A DNA stretch of 33,211 nucleotides from Chloroflexota bacterium. GTDB lineage: Bacteria > Chloroflexota > Dehalococcoidia > UBA2979. Below are positions 7,896-17,373 of this stretch, in pieces. A model generated the notes under the pieces. It did no database searches. It was given only the letters and a program-made list of their open reading frames with translations, and was not told the DNA's origin. Numbering within the stretch: the stretch's first letter is position 1; each line of letters begins with the position of its first letter. The stretch covers positions 1 to 33,211 of the forward strand of contig JAQCIU010000032.1 of NCBI GenBank assembly GCA_027593235.1, in the 5' to 3' direction. The position numbers were made by a program, and so were the translations under genes.

Positions 7896-9203
7896 GTGCA
7901 GTTTCGACGCTGGACACTCACGTCCGGCCAGGTCCCTCAGCGCTGGCGTTTCCAGAACCGACGTCCGCTCAACCACCCTCGCGTCGCCTACCGCACGCGG
8001 GTCCTCGGCACGCGCAGCCTCCGCGCGTTCTTCTTCGATGGCATCTTCTCCGCCGCCTCGGACGTCATGCCCGCGCAGTTCCTCGCCATCTACGCCATCG
8101 CCCTCGGTGCCTCCGATGCCGATATCGGCATCCTCGCCGCCGCCGCCGGCCTCGCCGGCCTCGTCGCCCTCGCCCCCGGCGCGCGCATCGCCGAGCGCGC
8201 ACGCTCCCGCAAGTGGGTCGTCCTCCTCAGCGGTGGCGGCAGCGGACGCGTCATGCTCCTGCTCATGGCCTTCGTCCCCTGGTTCGCTGAAGGTCGCACC
8301 GCCGTCTACTTGCTCATCCTCCTCGCCTCGCTCCGCTGGTTCGCCGGCATGCTCGGCCACCCCGCCTGGGTCTCGCTCACCGCCGCCATCGTTCCGCTGG
8401 ACCTGCGTCGCTTCTACATCTCACGCCGCATGCTCGGTATCGCCGCCGTCGGCGCGGTCGGCGCGCCGCTGATCGGACGCGTCATCGGCGCCGTCGGCGG
8501 CCTCCAGGGCTACCACGTCGCGCTCTTCATCTCCGTCGGTTTCGCCATCGTCTCTACCGTCCTCTTCGCCCGCATCGAGGAGCCCCCCGCCACCGAAACC
8601 AGCGACCGCTCCGGCGGCTCAACGCGCGAAATGCTCGCGGACAGCAACTTCATCCGCTTCGTCAGCGGCATCCTCGCCCTCCACATCACCACCCACATCG
8701 CCGTCCCCTTCTTCGCGCCCTACATGGTCCGCACCCTCGGCGCCTCGCCAACGGAGATCGGCATCCTCGCCACCATCAGCGCCATCGGTGGCGTCGGCGG
8801 ACTGATCGTCGCCGGACCGCTCGCCGAACGGATCGGCTCGGAGCGCATGCTCCGCTGGTCGCTCTTCGTCATCCCCACCCTCCCGATCATGTGGGTCTTC
8901 GCCAGCGAGCCATGGCACGCCGCCATCCCCAACCTCATCGGCGGCGTCGTCTGGGCCGGTTTCCACCTCGCCGAATTCAACCTGCTCCTCCAGTACGCCC
9001 CCGAGCGCAACATGCCGAGGTATGCCGCCGCCCATCAGGCCACCCTCCTCTTCGCCACCCTCGTCGGCCCCTTGATCGGCACCGTCATCGTCGCCGAGTG
9101 GGGCATCCCCGCCGCGCTCCTCGCCTCCGGCTTCGGCCGCTTCCTCGCCCTCGGCCTCGTCTCCCTCCCGCGCCGCGCCCCCGTCCCCGCGCCCCCCGCC
9201 TGA
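7896..9203 (+). CDS. MFS transporter (start uncertain)
   Basis: About 12 hydrophobic segments from LRAFFFDGIFS onwards; GARIAERARSRK and GPLAERIGSER loop motifs; GTG 7896 is an in-frame candidate start. Confidence 0.8.
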   Translation: MQFRRWTLTSGQVPQRWRFQNRRPLNHPRVAYRTRVLGTRSLRAFFFDGIFSAASDVMPAQFLAIYAIALGASDADIGILAAAAGLAGLVALAPGARIAERARSRKWVVLLSGGGSGRVMLLLMAFVPWFAEGRTAVYLLILLASLRWFAGMLGHPAWVSLTAAIVPLDLRRFYISRRMLGIAAVGAVGAPLIGRVIGAVGGLQGYHVALFISVGFAIVSTVLFARIEEPPATETSDRSGGSTREMLADSNFIRFVSGILALHITTHIAVPFFAPYMVRTLGASPTEIGILATISAIGGVGGLIVAGPLAERIGSERMLRWSLFVIPTLPIMWVFASEPWHAAIPNLIGGVVWAGFHLAEFNLLLQYAPERNMPRYAAAHQATLLFATLVGPLIGTVIVAEWGIPAALLASGFGRFLALGLVSLPRRAPVPAPPA

Positions 9204-9241
9204 CCCAAGCCTGACCCGCGCCCGTCCCGCGCCGAGGACCG

Positions 9242-9288
9242 CCACCCGCCAACACCCCCCGAAGGTCATCGAGGGCCGAAGGCCCCCC
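9242..9288 (+). repeat. twin GAA-hairpin element, copy B
   Basis: CC-GAA-GG TCATCGA GGGCC-GAA-GGCCC; differs from copy A by one indel and one substitution. Confidence 0.85.
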
Positions 9289-9316
9289 GCTCGACGTCGC
9301 CCGTATCATCGGCGCC

Positions 9317-10024
9317 ATGCAAGTCACCCACTCCGTCTGGCACCCCGGCTCGGCCCAGGACTCGCAGGAGGCAGCGGCCAGCGACCCGCTGCTCCCCACC
9401 GTCATCGCCATCCACGGCCACGGCGCGCACAGCCAGGACCTGCTCGGCCTCGCCCCCTACCTCGCCAGTGGTCGCCTGCTGATGATCTGTCCCGAAGCGG
9501 AGTTCATGCTCCAGCCCGGCATGCCCAGCTACACCTGGTTCGAGCCCTCCGGCACCGATCTCCGCCGCACCCCCGAGGAGTTCGAACGCGTCGTCGCCCG
9601 CGTCTCGGAGTTCATCGCTGAAGCCGTTGCCCGCTACGGCGGCGATTCCGCCCGCACCGTCATCCTCGGCTTCAGCCAGGGCGGATCACTCGCCTACCGG
9701 CTCGGCCTCGCCGCGCCCGCCCACTTCGCCGGCGTCGCCGCCCTCAGCACATGGCTCCCCGACGAAGCCGTCGACTCCGCCTCGACCGACACCGCAGCCC
9801 TCGCCGCCCTCCCCGTGCTCGTCCAGCACGGCACCGCCGATCAAGCCATCGAGGTCACCCGCGCCCGCGAATCCCGCGATCGCCTCCAGACCCTCGGCGT
9901 CCAGCTCGAATACCACGAGTACGGCATGGCCCATCAGATCGGCGCCGAAAGCCTCGCCGACCTCTCCGCCTGGTGCGAGCGCGTCCTCGCCCTGCCCGCC
10001 CTCGCCGCATCCCCGACCCCGTAG
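9317..10024 (+). CDS. phospholipase/carboxylesterase family alpha/beta hydrolase
   Basis: IHGHG, GFSQGG nucleophile elbow, QHGTAD, MAHQI; TATCAT at 9304-9309 suggests a leaderless start. Confidence 0.9.
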   Translation: MQVTHSVWHPGSAQDSQEAAASDPLLPTVIAIHGHGAHSQDLLGLAPYLASGRLLMICPEAEFMLQPGMPSYTWFEPSGTDLRRTPEEFERVVARVSEFIAEAVARYGGDSARTVILGFSQGGSLAYRLGLAAPAHFAGVAALSTWLPDEAVDSASTDTAALAALPVLVQHGTADQAIEVTRARESRDRLQTLGVQLEYHEYGMAHQIGAESLADLSAWCERVLALPALAASPTP

Positions 10025-10030
10025 CCGCAC

Positions 10031-10067
10031 GCCCGCGCACCCAGCGATCGAGGAGCCAGCAATGACC
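10031..10067 (+). repeat. 37-bp direct repeat (left copy) including RBS and ATG
   Basis: GCCCGCGCACCCAGCGATCGAGGAGCCAGCAATGACC, identical at 10587-10623. Confidence 0.95.
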
Positions 10068-10553
10068 GCGATCGGACGGTTCGTCGGCACGGTCGCGCTC
10101 GCCGTCTACCATCCCGCCTCCACGACCTACCTCGTCCTGCGACGGAGCGATCGTGTCGACGTGGGCCGCGGGGAGTGGGAAGTGGTAACCGGGCGCGTTC
10201 ACCAGGGCGAGAGCTTCGAACAGGCCGCCCTTCGCGAAGCTCAAGAGGAACTCGGCGTCGCAATACGGCTCGACTTCCTCGTTGGCACCGCGCACTTCTA
10301 TCGCGGAACGCCGGTCAGTGAGAACGAGGCCCTGGGGGTGCGGTACGCCTGCTCGCTCGACAGTAGAGAAGCGATTCAACTCAGCTCCGAGCATGACGCG
10401 CACCGCTGGATGACGCCCGAGCAGATCTCGAATTGGCTCCCTGGCAGTCATCGAGTCCGTAGATTTGTCGAGCGCGCCGAGCAACTGCGTGCAGTGCTGA
10501 CACCCGATGTCATCGCACTCCAACAGCGCGAGGGGTTCCTGAGTGATGAATGA
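10062..10553 (+). CDS. NUDIX hydrolase
   Basis: Nudix box GRVHQGESFEQAALREAQEELG; LSSEHDAHRW; GAGGAG RBS before ATG 10062. Confidence 0.9.
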   Translation: MTAIGRFVGTVALAVYHPASTTYLVLRRSDRVDVGRGEWEVVTGRVHQGESFEQAALREAQEELGVAIRLDFLVGTAHFYRGTPVSENEALGVRYACSLDSREAIQLSSEHDAHRWMTPEQISNWLPGSHRVRRFVERAEQLRAVLTPDVIALQQREGFLSDE

Positions 10554-10586
10554 GTAGCGCCACTGCACAGCGCGACCCCGTACCCT

Positions 10587-10623
10587 GCCCGCGCACCCAG
10601 CGATCGAGGAGCCAGCAATGACC
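10587..10623 (+). repeat. 37-bp direct repeat (right copy) including RBS and ATG
   Basis: Identical to 10031-10067. Confidence 0.95.
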
Positions 10624-11565
10624 ACTGCCACCACGGACTACCTCGCCGACATGCGCGCCTGCGCTGAAGCCATCAACCTCAACCCCTCCACCTACCTCAC
10701 ACCCGAGGATCGCTGGGTCGAGCTCAACGGCGTCAACTTCCACTACCTCGACTGGGGCAACGACCACCTCCCCCACCTCGTGCTCCTCCACGGCGGCAGC
10801 CTCACCGCACACACCTGGGACATGTCCGCGCTGCTCCTCCGCGATCGCTACCACGTCATCGCCCTCGACCAGCGCGGACACGGCGACACCGGCTGGACCC
10901 CCGACGACCAGCTCGATCGCGACAACGGCGACCTCATGCTCGAGGACACCAACGCCTTCATCGAGCACCTCGGCTACGACCACATCACCCTCTGTGGCAT
11001 GTCCATGGGTGGCATGAACGCCATCCGCTATGCCGCACGCCACCCGCAACGCCTCGACGCCCTCGTCGTCGTCGACATCGCCCCCGTCACCATGGCCGTC
11101 GGTCTCGTCGAAATGGAACAGTTCCGCCAGGACACCGAAACGATGTCGAAGTTCGAAGACTTCCTCGAGCGCGCCGTCCACTTCAACCCGCAGCGCAAGC
11201 CCGCGCACCTCAAGTACTCCCTGCTCCACTCCTTGAAGCAGGTCGACGATGGCTGGACCTGGAAGCAGGACCACCGCCGCCGCGTCGTCCCGGAGGACAT
11301 GACCAAGGACCAGCAGAGCGAGGCCCGCGAACTCCGCTCGTCCGCCCTCGCCGCGGACGTCGCCGCGATCAAGACGCCGACGCTCCTCCTCCGAGGCGCG
11401 ATCAGCAAGATCCTCTCTGAAGAGGCCGCCAACGCCATGACCGAGTCAATGACCGACTGCACCCACGTCGTCATCGAGGGCGCCGGCCACAGCGTCCAGG
11501 GCGACCAACCCGCCGCCATGGCCGCCGCCATCACCGCCTACCTCGACGCCCGCGCCAGCACCTAG
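10618..11565 (+). CDS. alpha/beta fold hydrolase
   Basis: LVLLHGG, ALDQRGHGDT, GMSMGG, GAGHSVQGD. Confidence 0.9.
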   Translation: MTTATTDYLADMRACAEAINLNPSTYLTPEDRWVELNGVNFHYLDWGNDHLPHLVLLHGGSLTAHTWDMSALLLRDRYHVIALDQRGHGDTGWTPDDQLDRDNGDLMLEDTNAFIEHLGYDHITLCGMSMGGMNAIRYAARHPQRLDALVVVDIAPVTMAVGLVEMEQFRQDTETMSKFEDFLERAVHFNPQRKPAHLKYSLLHSLKQVDDGWTWKQDHRRRVVPEDMTKDQQSEARELRSSALAADVAAIKTPTLLLRGAISKILSEEAANAMTESMTDCTHVVIEGAGHSVQGDQPAAMAAAITAYLDARAST

Positions 11566-11629
11566 CCACGCGAACCAAGGCGGGGCGCCCGAGGACCAAG
11601 TCCTCCGAGGGTCGCGTCTTCCGAGGCGC

Positions 11630-14149
11630 CTACGCCTCGACCGGCGCCACCACCTCGCTGTCGACCACCCCGTCCGCGCGGAGCTGCGCGATCGCCTCCG
11701 CGTCGTAGCCCAGCTCCTCGAGGATCGCGTCCGTGTGCTCGCCGTTTACCGGCGCCGGCCCCAGGCTCAGCCCGGAGCGCGCCATCTTCCACAGCGGACC
11801 GTGGCGCAGCATGTCGCCCCACTTCGCGTGCACCACCGGCGTCACCAACCCGTTCTGCGCCGCGTGCGGATCCGTCTCCCAGAACTCCGCCGCCGCCGGA
11901 CCGTCCGCGCGCACGCAGCCCAGCCCAACCACCGACAGCAAGTCCTCCCAGTACTGGGCGGACTCCGTCGCGAACAGCTCCTCAAGCAACCCGGTCAGCA
12001 CCGCCGCGTTCGTCGTCCGTCCCGTCCGGCTCGCGAACCGCTGATCCCGTCCCATATCCGGGCTCTCGATCCGATCGCAGAACGACTGCCACTCCCGCTC
12101 CTGCACCAGCTCCAGGTACACCCAGCCCTCGGCGCAACGGTAGAGGCGGGAGATCGGGCCGGTTCCGTATAGCTCGCTGTCCGGCACCGCGCGTTCCGGC
12201 TTCCCGCGGTAGCGAATGAAATCGTCCGCGTTCGCGTACGCGCTCGCCCCCAGCATGTCGATCCACACCCGCTGCCCGCCGCGCCCCGTCCGCTGCGCGT
12301 ACAGCGCCAGCAACGCCGAGGTCATCACCACCATCGAGGTGTTCGGATCCGGGTTCACCTCGTTCGCGCGGAACAACCGTCGCGAAATCTCGCGGATCTC
12401 CTCCAGGCTCAGCTCACCGTCCGCCGCCTCTGGCGGGAATCCCGCGCCCGCCTGGAACAGCGCCCCACCGGCGCCCGCCCCCGGCACCGGGTGTGCCGAG
12501 GGCCGGTGTGCCCCCGGTCCCTTGCGCCCGTAGCCGTTCATCGCCAGGTACACGATCTCCGGACGCGCCGCCTTCACCTGCTCATAGCCGAAGCCCAGCC
12601 GCTCCGGCACACCCGGCCGGAAGTTCGAGATGATCAGATCCGTCTGCGCGATCAGCTTCTGCAGAATCTCCTGGCCCGCCTCGGACTTGAGATCGAGCGA
12701 GATGCTCTCCTTGCTCGTGTTGACGCGCATCGCGCCGACACCGCCGCCAAGCTGGCGGTACGGGTCGCCGCCAATCGGCTCCACCTTGATCACCCGCGCA
12801 CCCAGATCGCCCAGCTGCGACGCCCCCATCGGCGCGGCGATGATCGAGGCGAACTCCAGCACCGTTAGCCCCGTCAGCGGCGGATCGTAGTCACCCGGCG
12901 CCAGCGTCTCGCCGCGCCAGCGCGAACGGGTCTCGTTCATCACCTCGAACGTGTGCTGACCGGCGCTCGGCGCCGCGCCGCCCACCTCGCCCGGCGTGTG
13001 CTCCAGCTCCGCCAGCAATCCAAGCTGATCCGAACGCCCCTGATCCGCGTCGGCCTCCACCTGCACCTGGCCCAGCATCACCTCCATGATGGTGATGTTG
13101 TCCTTGATCTGGATGCCCAGTCGCGGATCCTTCACCTCCACCACGTGCCCGTTCGCCGTGATGTCCGGATCGTCCAGCGCCTGCTGCGTCGTCTGGAACT
13201 GGTGTGCGGCGATGTTCCCCATCTCCGTGAAGAGCGCGACCCATTCGTCCGCCGTCTTCTCCTGCATCCGCGTCAGCACCTTGTCGCGGACCTCTTCCAG
13301 CACCTCCGGCGCCCACGTCGCCGGCGACCCCTGCGTCCGCTCGTCCACGATCACGTCGTGCAACTCCGCCGCCGCCAGGAAGCTGTCGAACTGCTGCCGC
13401 AGCAGATTGCCAAGCTGCAGCCACTGGCCGCCCTTCGTCAGCACCGGTTGGTACTGGATCGTGGGCATCCGCTGCGTTGCCGCCAGCGGATCGTCGGCGA
13501 ACTGCGCCGGGTCCGCGTGCGCGAGCTGGCGACGGATCAACCCGCCCTGCTCGTACGGCAGCATCCCCCGCAGCATGCTCGTCTCGATGTACTGCCCGAT
13601 CCCGATCCGCTCACGCGCGATCAACCCGGCCAGCACCGCCGACACCGCCGCCTGCGAAGCCGCGTGCGACGCCACCTGTACCGAGGCGAATTGTGGCCCG
13701 TCTCGATCCGCCGTCCCGGCGAAGTTCTGCATCCGCCCGGACTTCGCCGCCACCACGCCCTCGTAGCCCGGCAACCCCACGTACGGCCCGTACGATCCGA
13801 ACCCGGAGATCTGCACGTACACGATCCCGCTGTTGCGGGAGGCCAGGACGTCGAAGTCGCAGCCCAGATCCACCGCCGCGTGCGCGCGGAAGCTGCTCAC
13901 CACCACGTCTGCCGTCTCGGCGAGCTGGTACAGCCGCTCCTGCTCCACCTTGCGGTTCAGATCCAGCTCCACGGATCGCTTACCGCGCAGCCACATCGGT
14001 GATGTGCCCAGGAAGCGGAACGGATCGCCGCCCGGCCGCTCGATCTTGATCACGTCGGCGCCGAAGTCGGACAGCACCATCGTTGCCATGCCGCCCACGG
14101 GCCCGTTCGACAAATCGATTACCCGGATGCCAGTCAGAGGTCCAGCCAC
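11630..14149 (-). CDS. class III CoA-transferase (CaiB/BaiF family), two fused domains
   Basis: Two repeats of PLTG(I/L)xV...DxGAxVIK(I/V)E...GGDP; ISGFGSYGPY and MNGYGRKGP. Confidence 0.92.
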   Translation of the reverse strand: MAGPLTGIRVIDLSNGPVGGMATMVLSDFGADVIKIERPGGDPFRFLGTSPMWLRGKRSVELDLNRKVEQERLYQLAETADVVVSSFRAHAAVDLGCDFDVLASRNSGIVYVQISGFGSYGPYVGLPGYEGVVAAKSGRMQNFAGTADRDGPQFASVQVASHAASQAAVSAVLAGLIARERIGIGQYIETSMLRGMLPYEQGGLIRRQLAHADPAQFADDPLAATQRMPTIQYQPVLTKGGQWLQLGNLLRQQFDSFLAAAELHDVIVDERTQGSPATWAPEVLEEVRDKVLTRMQEKTADEWVALFTEMGNIAAHQFQTTQQALDDPDITANGHVVEVKDPRLGIQIKDNITIMEVMLGQVQVEADADQGRSDQLGLLAELEHTPGEVGGAAPSAGQHTFEVMNETRSRWRGETLAPGDYDPPLTGLTVLEFASIIAAPMGASQLGDLGARVIKVEPIGGDPYRQLGGGVGAMRVNTSKESISLDLKSEAGQEILQKLIAQTDLIISNFRPGVPERLGFGYEQVKAARPEIVYLAMNGYGRKGPGAHRPSAHPVPGAGAGGALFQAGAGFPPEAADGELSLEEIREISRRLFRANEVNPDPNTSMVVMTSALLALYAQRTGRGGQRVWIDMLGASAYANADDFIRYRGKPERAVPDSELYGTGPISRLYRCAEGWVYLELVQEREWQSFCDRIESPDMGRDQRFASRTGRTTNAAVLTGLLEELFATESAQYWEDLLSVVGLGCVRADGPAAAEFWETDPHAAQNGLVTPVVHAKWGDMLRHGPLWKMARSGLSLGPAPVNGEHTDAILEELGYDAEAIAQLRADGVVDSEVVAPVEA

Positions 14150-14279
14150 GACGATCCCCCTATTCGCCCCCGCATCCTAAGCCAGTCCCCACACCTCATT
14201 ACAGGGCCAACCCACCGTCCCGGTTCTCGACGGCCCGATCCGCCCGTCGCGTCGCGTCGCCATCACGATACGTGATACC

Positions 14280-14314
14280 GATGATCGAATCTGTGCATAT
14301 CCGATTCGATCATC
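14280..14314. promoter_or_regulatory. perfect 12-bp inverted repeat with 11-nt spacer in the divergent promoter region
   Basis: GATGATCGAATC-N11-GATTCGATCATC in an AT-rich tract; function inferred. Confidence 0.55.
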
Positions 14315-14332
14315 ATAGTGATCACGTTGATC

Positions 14333-14351
14333 TCATATTAGCCTTACCTGT
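14333..14351. promoter_or_regulatory. DtxR/IdeR-like iron box overlapping the iron-uptake operon promoter
   Basis: TCATATTAGCCTTACCTGT matches TWAGGTWAGSCTWACCTWA at 14/19 positions; lies between TTGATC (14327-14332) and TATTTA (14351-14356). Confidence 0.6.
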
Positions 14352-14363
14352 ATTTAAGAAACC

Positions 14364-15413
14364 GTGCATACAGCAATCACCGATCCACCCGCGCGCAAGC
14401 GCTTCACCGGGAGACTCACCTGGAGCCGCACCGGCGCGGTCGCCTGCTGCCTCCTCCTCCTCACCCTCGCTGTGACCGCCAGCCTCGCGCTCGGCACCCG
14501 CCGCATCGGTTGGCTCACCGCCCTTCGCGCACTCACCGATTACGACGCCACGCTCGCCGACCACATCGTCGTCCACGCACAGCGCCTCCCCCGTACCGCC
14601 GTCGGCCTGCTCGCCGGATCCGCGCTCGGCGTCGCCGGTGCGCAAATGCAGGGACTCACCCGCAACCCGCTCGCCGGTCCCGGCATCCTCGGCATCAACG
14701 CCGGCGCGGCGCTCTTCGTTGCCTTCGGCATCTATCAGCTCGGCATGGACTCCATCACCACCTACGCCTGGATGGGGCTTGCCGGCGCGGGCGTCACCGC
14801 CGTCGTCGTCTACACCATTGGCGAAGGAATCGGCAGCGCCCGCTCCCCCATCCGCCTCGTCCTCGCCGGCGCAGCCATGACCGGCCTCCTCTCCTCCGTC
14901 ACCACCGCCATCCTCCTGCTCGATGTCGCCACCCTCGATGAGTTCCGCTTCTGGGTCGTCGGCGCCATCGCCGGCCGTGATGCCGATGTCGCCCGTCAGG
15001 TCGCCCCCTTCATCCTCGTCGGACTCCTCCTCGCCGCCCTCACGCCGCGCTCGCTCAACGCGATCGCGATGGGTGACGAGGTCGCCCGCTCCCTCGGCGT
15101 CAGCCTCGATCGTGATCGCGCCATCGTCATCGCCTCCGTCGTCTGCCTCGCCGGTGGCGCCACCGCCGCCGCCGGCCCAATCGGCTTCGTCGGCCTCGCC
15201 GTTCCCCACATCGCGAGGGCGATCGCGGGCCCCGACTACCGCTGGATCCTGCCGCTCTCCGCCATCCTCGGCGCCTCGCTCCTGCTCGGCGCTGACGTCG
15301 TCGGTCGCTTCGTCGTCCAGCCCGGTGAACTCCAGGTCGGCATCGTCACCGCCTTCGTCGGCGCGCCGATCTTCATCGCCGTCGCCCGCTCCCGACAGGT
15401 CGGCGAGCTGTGA
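14364..15413 (+). CDS. iron-siderophore ABC transporter permease (FecCD family, FepD-like)
   Basis: RLPRTAVGLLAG, QGLTRNPLAGPGILGINAGA, MGDEVARSLGV, GPIGFVGLAVPH. Confidence 0.92.
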   Translation: MHTAITDPPARKRFTGRLTWSRTGAVACCLLLLTLAVTASLALGTRRIGWLTALRALTDYDATLADHIVVHAQRLPRTAVGLLAGSALGVAGAQMQGLTRNPLAGPGILGINAGAALFVAFGIYQLGMDSITTYAWMGLAGAGVTAVVVYTIGEGIGSARSPIRLVLAGAAMTGLLSSVTTAILLLDVATLDEFRFWVVGAIAGRDADVARQVAPFILVGLLLAALTPRSLNAIAMGDEVARSLGVSLDRDRAIVIASVVCLAGGATAAAGPIGFVGLAVPHIARAIAGPDYRWILPLSAILGASLLLGADVVGRFVVQPGELQVGIVTAFVGAPIFIAVARSRQVGEL

Positions 15414-16401
15414 CCCACACCCTCGATCCCGCACTCGACGCCACCGAGCCCGCCGCCGACGGCGGCTTATCCCTCGACGTTGACGCCGCCACCGAGGCCG
15501 CGCACACCCTCGCCACCGCCCGCGCGCGACGCCGCCGACGCTCCCTCCGCCTCACCGCCACCCTCGCCGTGCTCCTCCTCGCCGCCATCGTCGCCTCCCT
15601 CTCGCTCGGCGCTGCCTCCGCCTCCCTCCGCGATCTCATTCCCGCACTCCTCGGCGACGCCGATGAACGCACCAGCTTCGTCGTCCGCCGGCTCCGCCTC
15701 CCCCGCGCCCTCACCGGCGCCCTCGTCGGCGCCGCCTTCGGACTCTCCGGTGACTTCTTCCAGTCGATGGTCCGCAACCCGCTCGCCTCGCCGGACGTCA
15801 TCGGCATCACTGCCGGTGCCAGCGCCGCCGCCGTCCTCTCCATTGCCTCCTCAACGCCGGCGTCGCCACCGTCTCGCTCGCCGCCGTCGCCGGTGCCGCC
15901 GTCGGCGCAACCCTCACCTACGGGCTCGCCTTCCGCCGCGGTCGCACCAGCACCGTCCGCATCGTCCTCGTCGGCATCGGCGTGGCCGCCGCCTTCAGCG
16001 CCGTCACCTCCTACGCACTCACCCGCACGGACATCAACAACGCCGCTCAGGCCCAGGCCTGGCTCGCCGGATCCCTCAATGGCAGCGACTGGCAGGACCT
16101 CACCTCCATCACCGCCGTCGTCGTCGCCGGTGTCGTCCTCGCCGGCGGTGCCACCGCCGTCGCCGGTCCCATCGCCTTCGTCGCCTTCGTCGCCGCGCCC
16201 ATCGCCCGCCAGCTCGCCCGCTCCAGCACCGCGCTCCTCGCCTCCGCGCTCGTCGGCGCAATCCTCGTCACCACCGCCGATCTCCTCGGCCGCGTCGCCT
16301 TCGAGCCCAGCGAACTCCCCGTCGGCGTCCTCACCGGCGTCCTTGGCGCCCCCTACCTCCTCTGGCTGCTCACCCGCCTCGGTTCCATCTCCCGCCGCTA
16401 G
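15410..16401 (+). pseudogene. second FecCD permease (FepG-like) with frameshift near 15848 and internal deletion
   Basis: LRLPRALTG...RNPLASPDVIGI lies in one frame; LNAGVATVS...RIVLVGIG...WLAGSL...GPIAFVAF...GAPYLLWLL lies in another; the LGDDxAxxLGV segment is absent. Confidence 0.8.
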
Positions 16402-16415
16402 CGAAAGGCCCTGCC

Positions 16416-17333
16416 ATGACCACCACCGCGCCCGCACCGCCCCGGCCCACCGCGCCGCCCGCACCATCCATCGAGGTCCAACCCGGCCTTCGTGCCGAAT
16501 CGCTCGATCTCCGCTACGACCGCGATCTCGTCGTTCAGGCTCTCTCCGTCTCCATCCCCGTCGGGCGTATCACCACCATCGTCGGGCCCAACGCCTGCGG
16601 AAAATCCACCCTCCTTCGCGCCCTCGCGCGGCTCCTCAGCCCCGCCGGTGGCCGTGTCCTCCTCGACGAACGCGACCTCGCCGCGCAACGCACCCGCGAC
16701 GTCGCTCGCCGCCTCACCCTGCTCCCCCAGTCGCCGATCGCCCCCGACGGCATCACCGTCTCCGAACTCGTCGCGCGTGGCCGCTACCCCTACCAGTCCC
16801 TCTTCAAGCCCTGGTCCTCCCAGGACGGCCTCGCCGTCGCCGCCGCCATGGAAGCCACCGGCATCACCGCCGAGGCCGATCGACCCGTCAACCACCTCTC
16901 CGGCGGACAGCGTCAGCGTGTCTGGGTCGCCATGGCGCTCGCCCAGGACACCCCGCTCCTCCTCCTCGACGAACCAACCACCTACCTCGATCTCGCCCAC
17001 CAGATCGAAGTCCTCGATCTCCTCAAGGAACTCAACGCCGACACCGGCCGCACCGTCGTCCTCGTCCTCCACGACCTCAACCTCGCCAGCCGCTACAGCG
17101 ATCACCTGATCGCCATGGCCGCCGGACGCATCCAGGCCGAAGGCACCCCGCACCAGGTCATCACCGAAGCCGTCGTCCGCCGCGTCTTCGGCCTTGAAAC
17201 CCGCATCGTCCCGGACCCCGTCTCCAACACCCCGCTCGTCATCCCTATCGGCCGCGCACACGCGCAACCCGCCGGCACCTCCGCACAGGCGCCAGCAGGC
17301 ACGGGGGAGGGCAACGACCAGGCACCCAGTTGA
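16416..17333 (+). CDS. iron-siderophore ABC transporter ATP-binding protein (FepC/FhuC-like)
   Basis: GPNACGKST Walker A, LSGGQRQR, LLLLDEPTTYLD, LHDLNLA; start ATG 16416. Confidence 0.95.
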   Translation: MTTTAPAPPRPTAPPAPSIEVQPGLRAESLDLRYDRDLVVQALSVSIPVGRITTIVGPNACGKSTLLRALARLLSPAGGRVLLDERDLAAQRTRDVARRLTLLPQSPIAPDGITVSELVARGRYPYQSLFKPWSSQDGLAVAAAMEATGITAEADRPVNHLSGGQRQRVWVAMALAQDTPLLLLDEPTTYLDLAHQIEVLDLLKELNADTGRTVVLVLHDLNLASRYSDHLIAMAAGRIQAEGTPHQVITEAVVRRVFGLETRIVPDPVSNTPLVIPIGRAHAQPAGTSAQAPAGTGEGNDQAPS

Positions 17334-17373
17334 ACCAGGCCCACACCCACCACGCACCGAAAGGACAGACCAG

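Noticed and set aside
15840-15860. Programmed frameshift in the second permease
   Set aside because: No slippery heptamer or homopolymer, and the gene has a separate deletion
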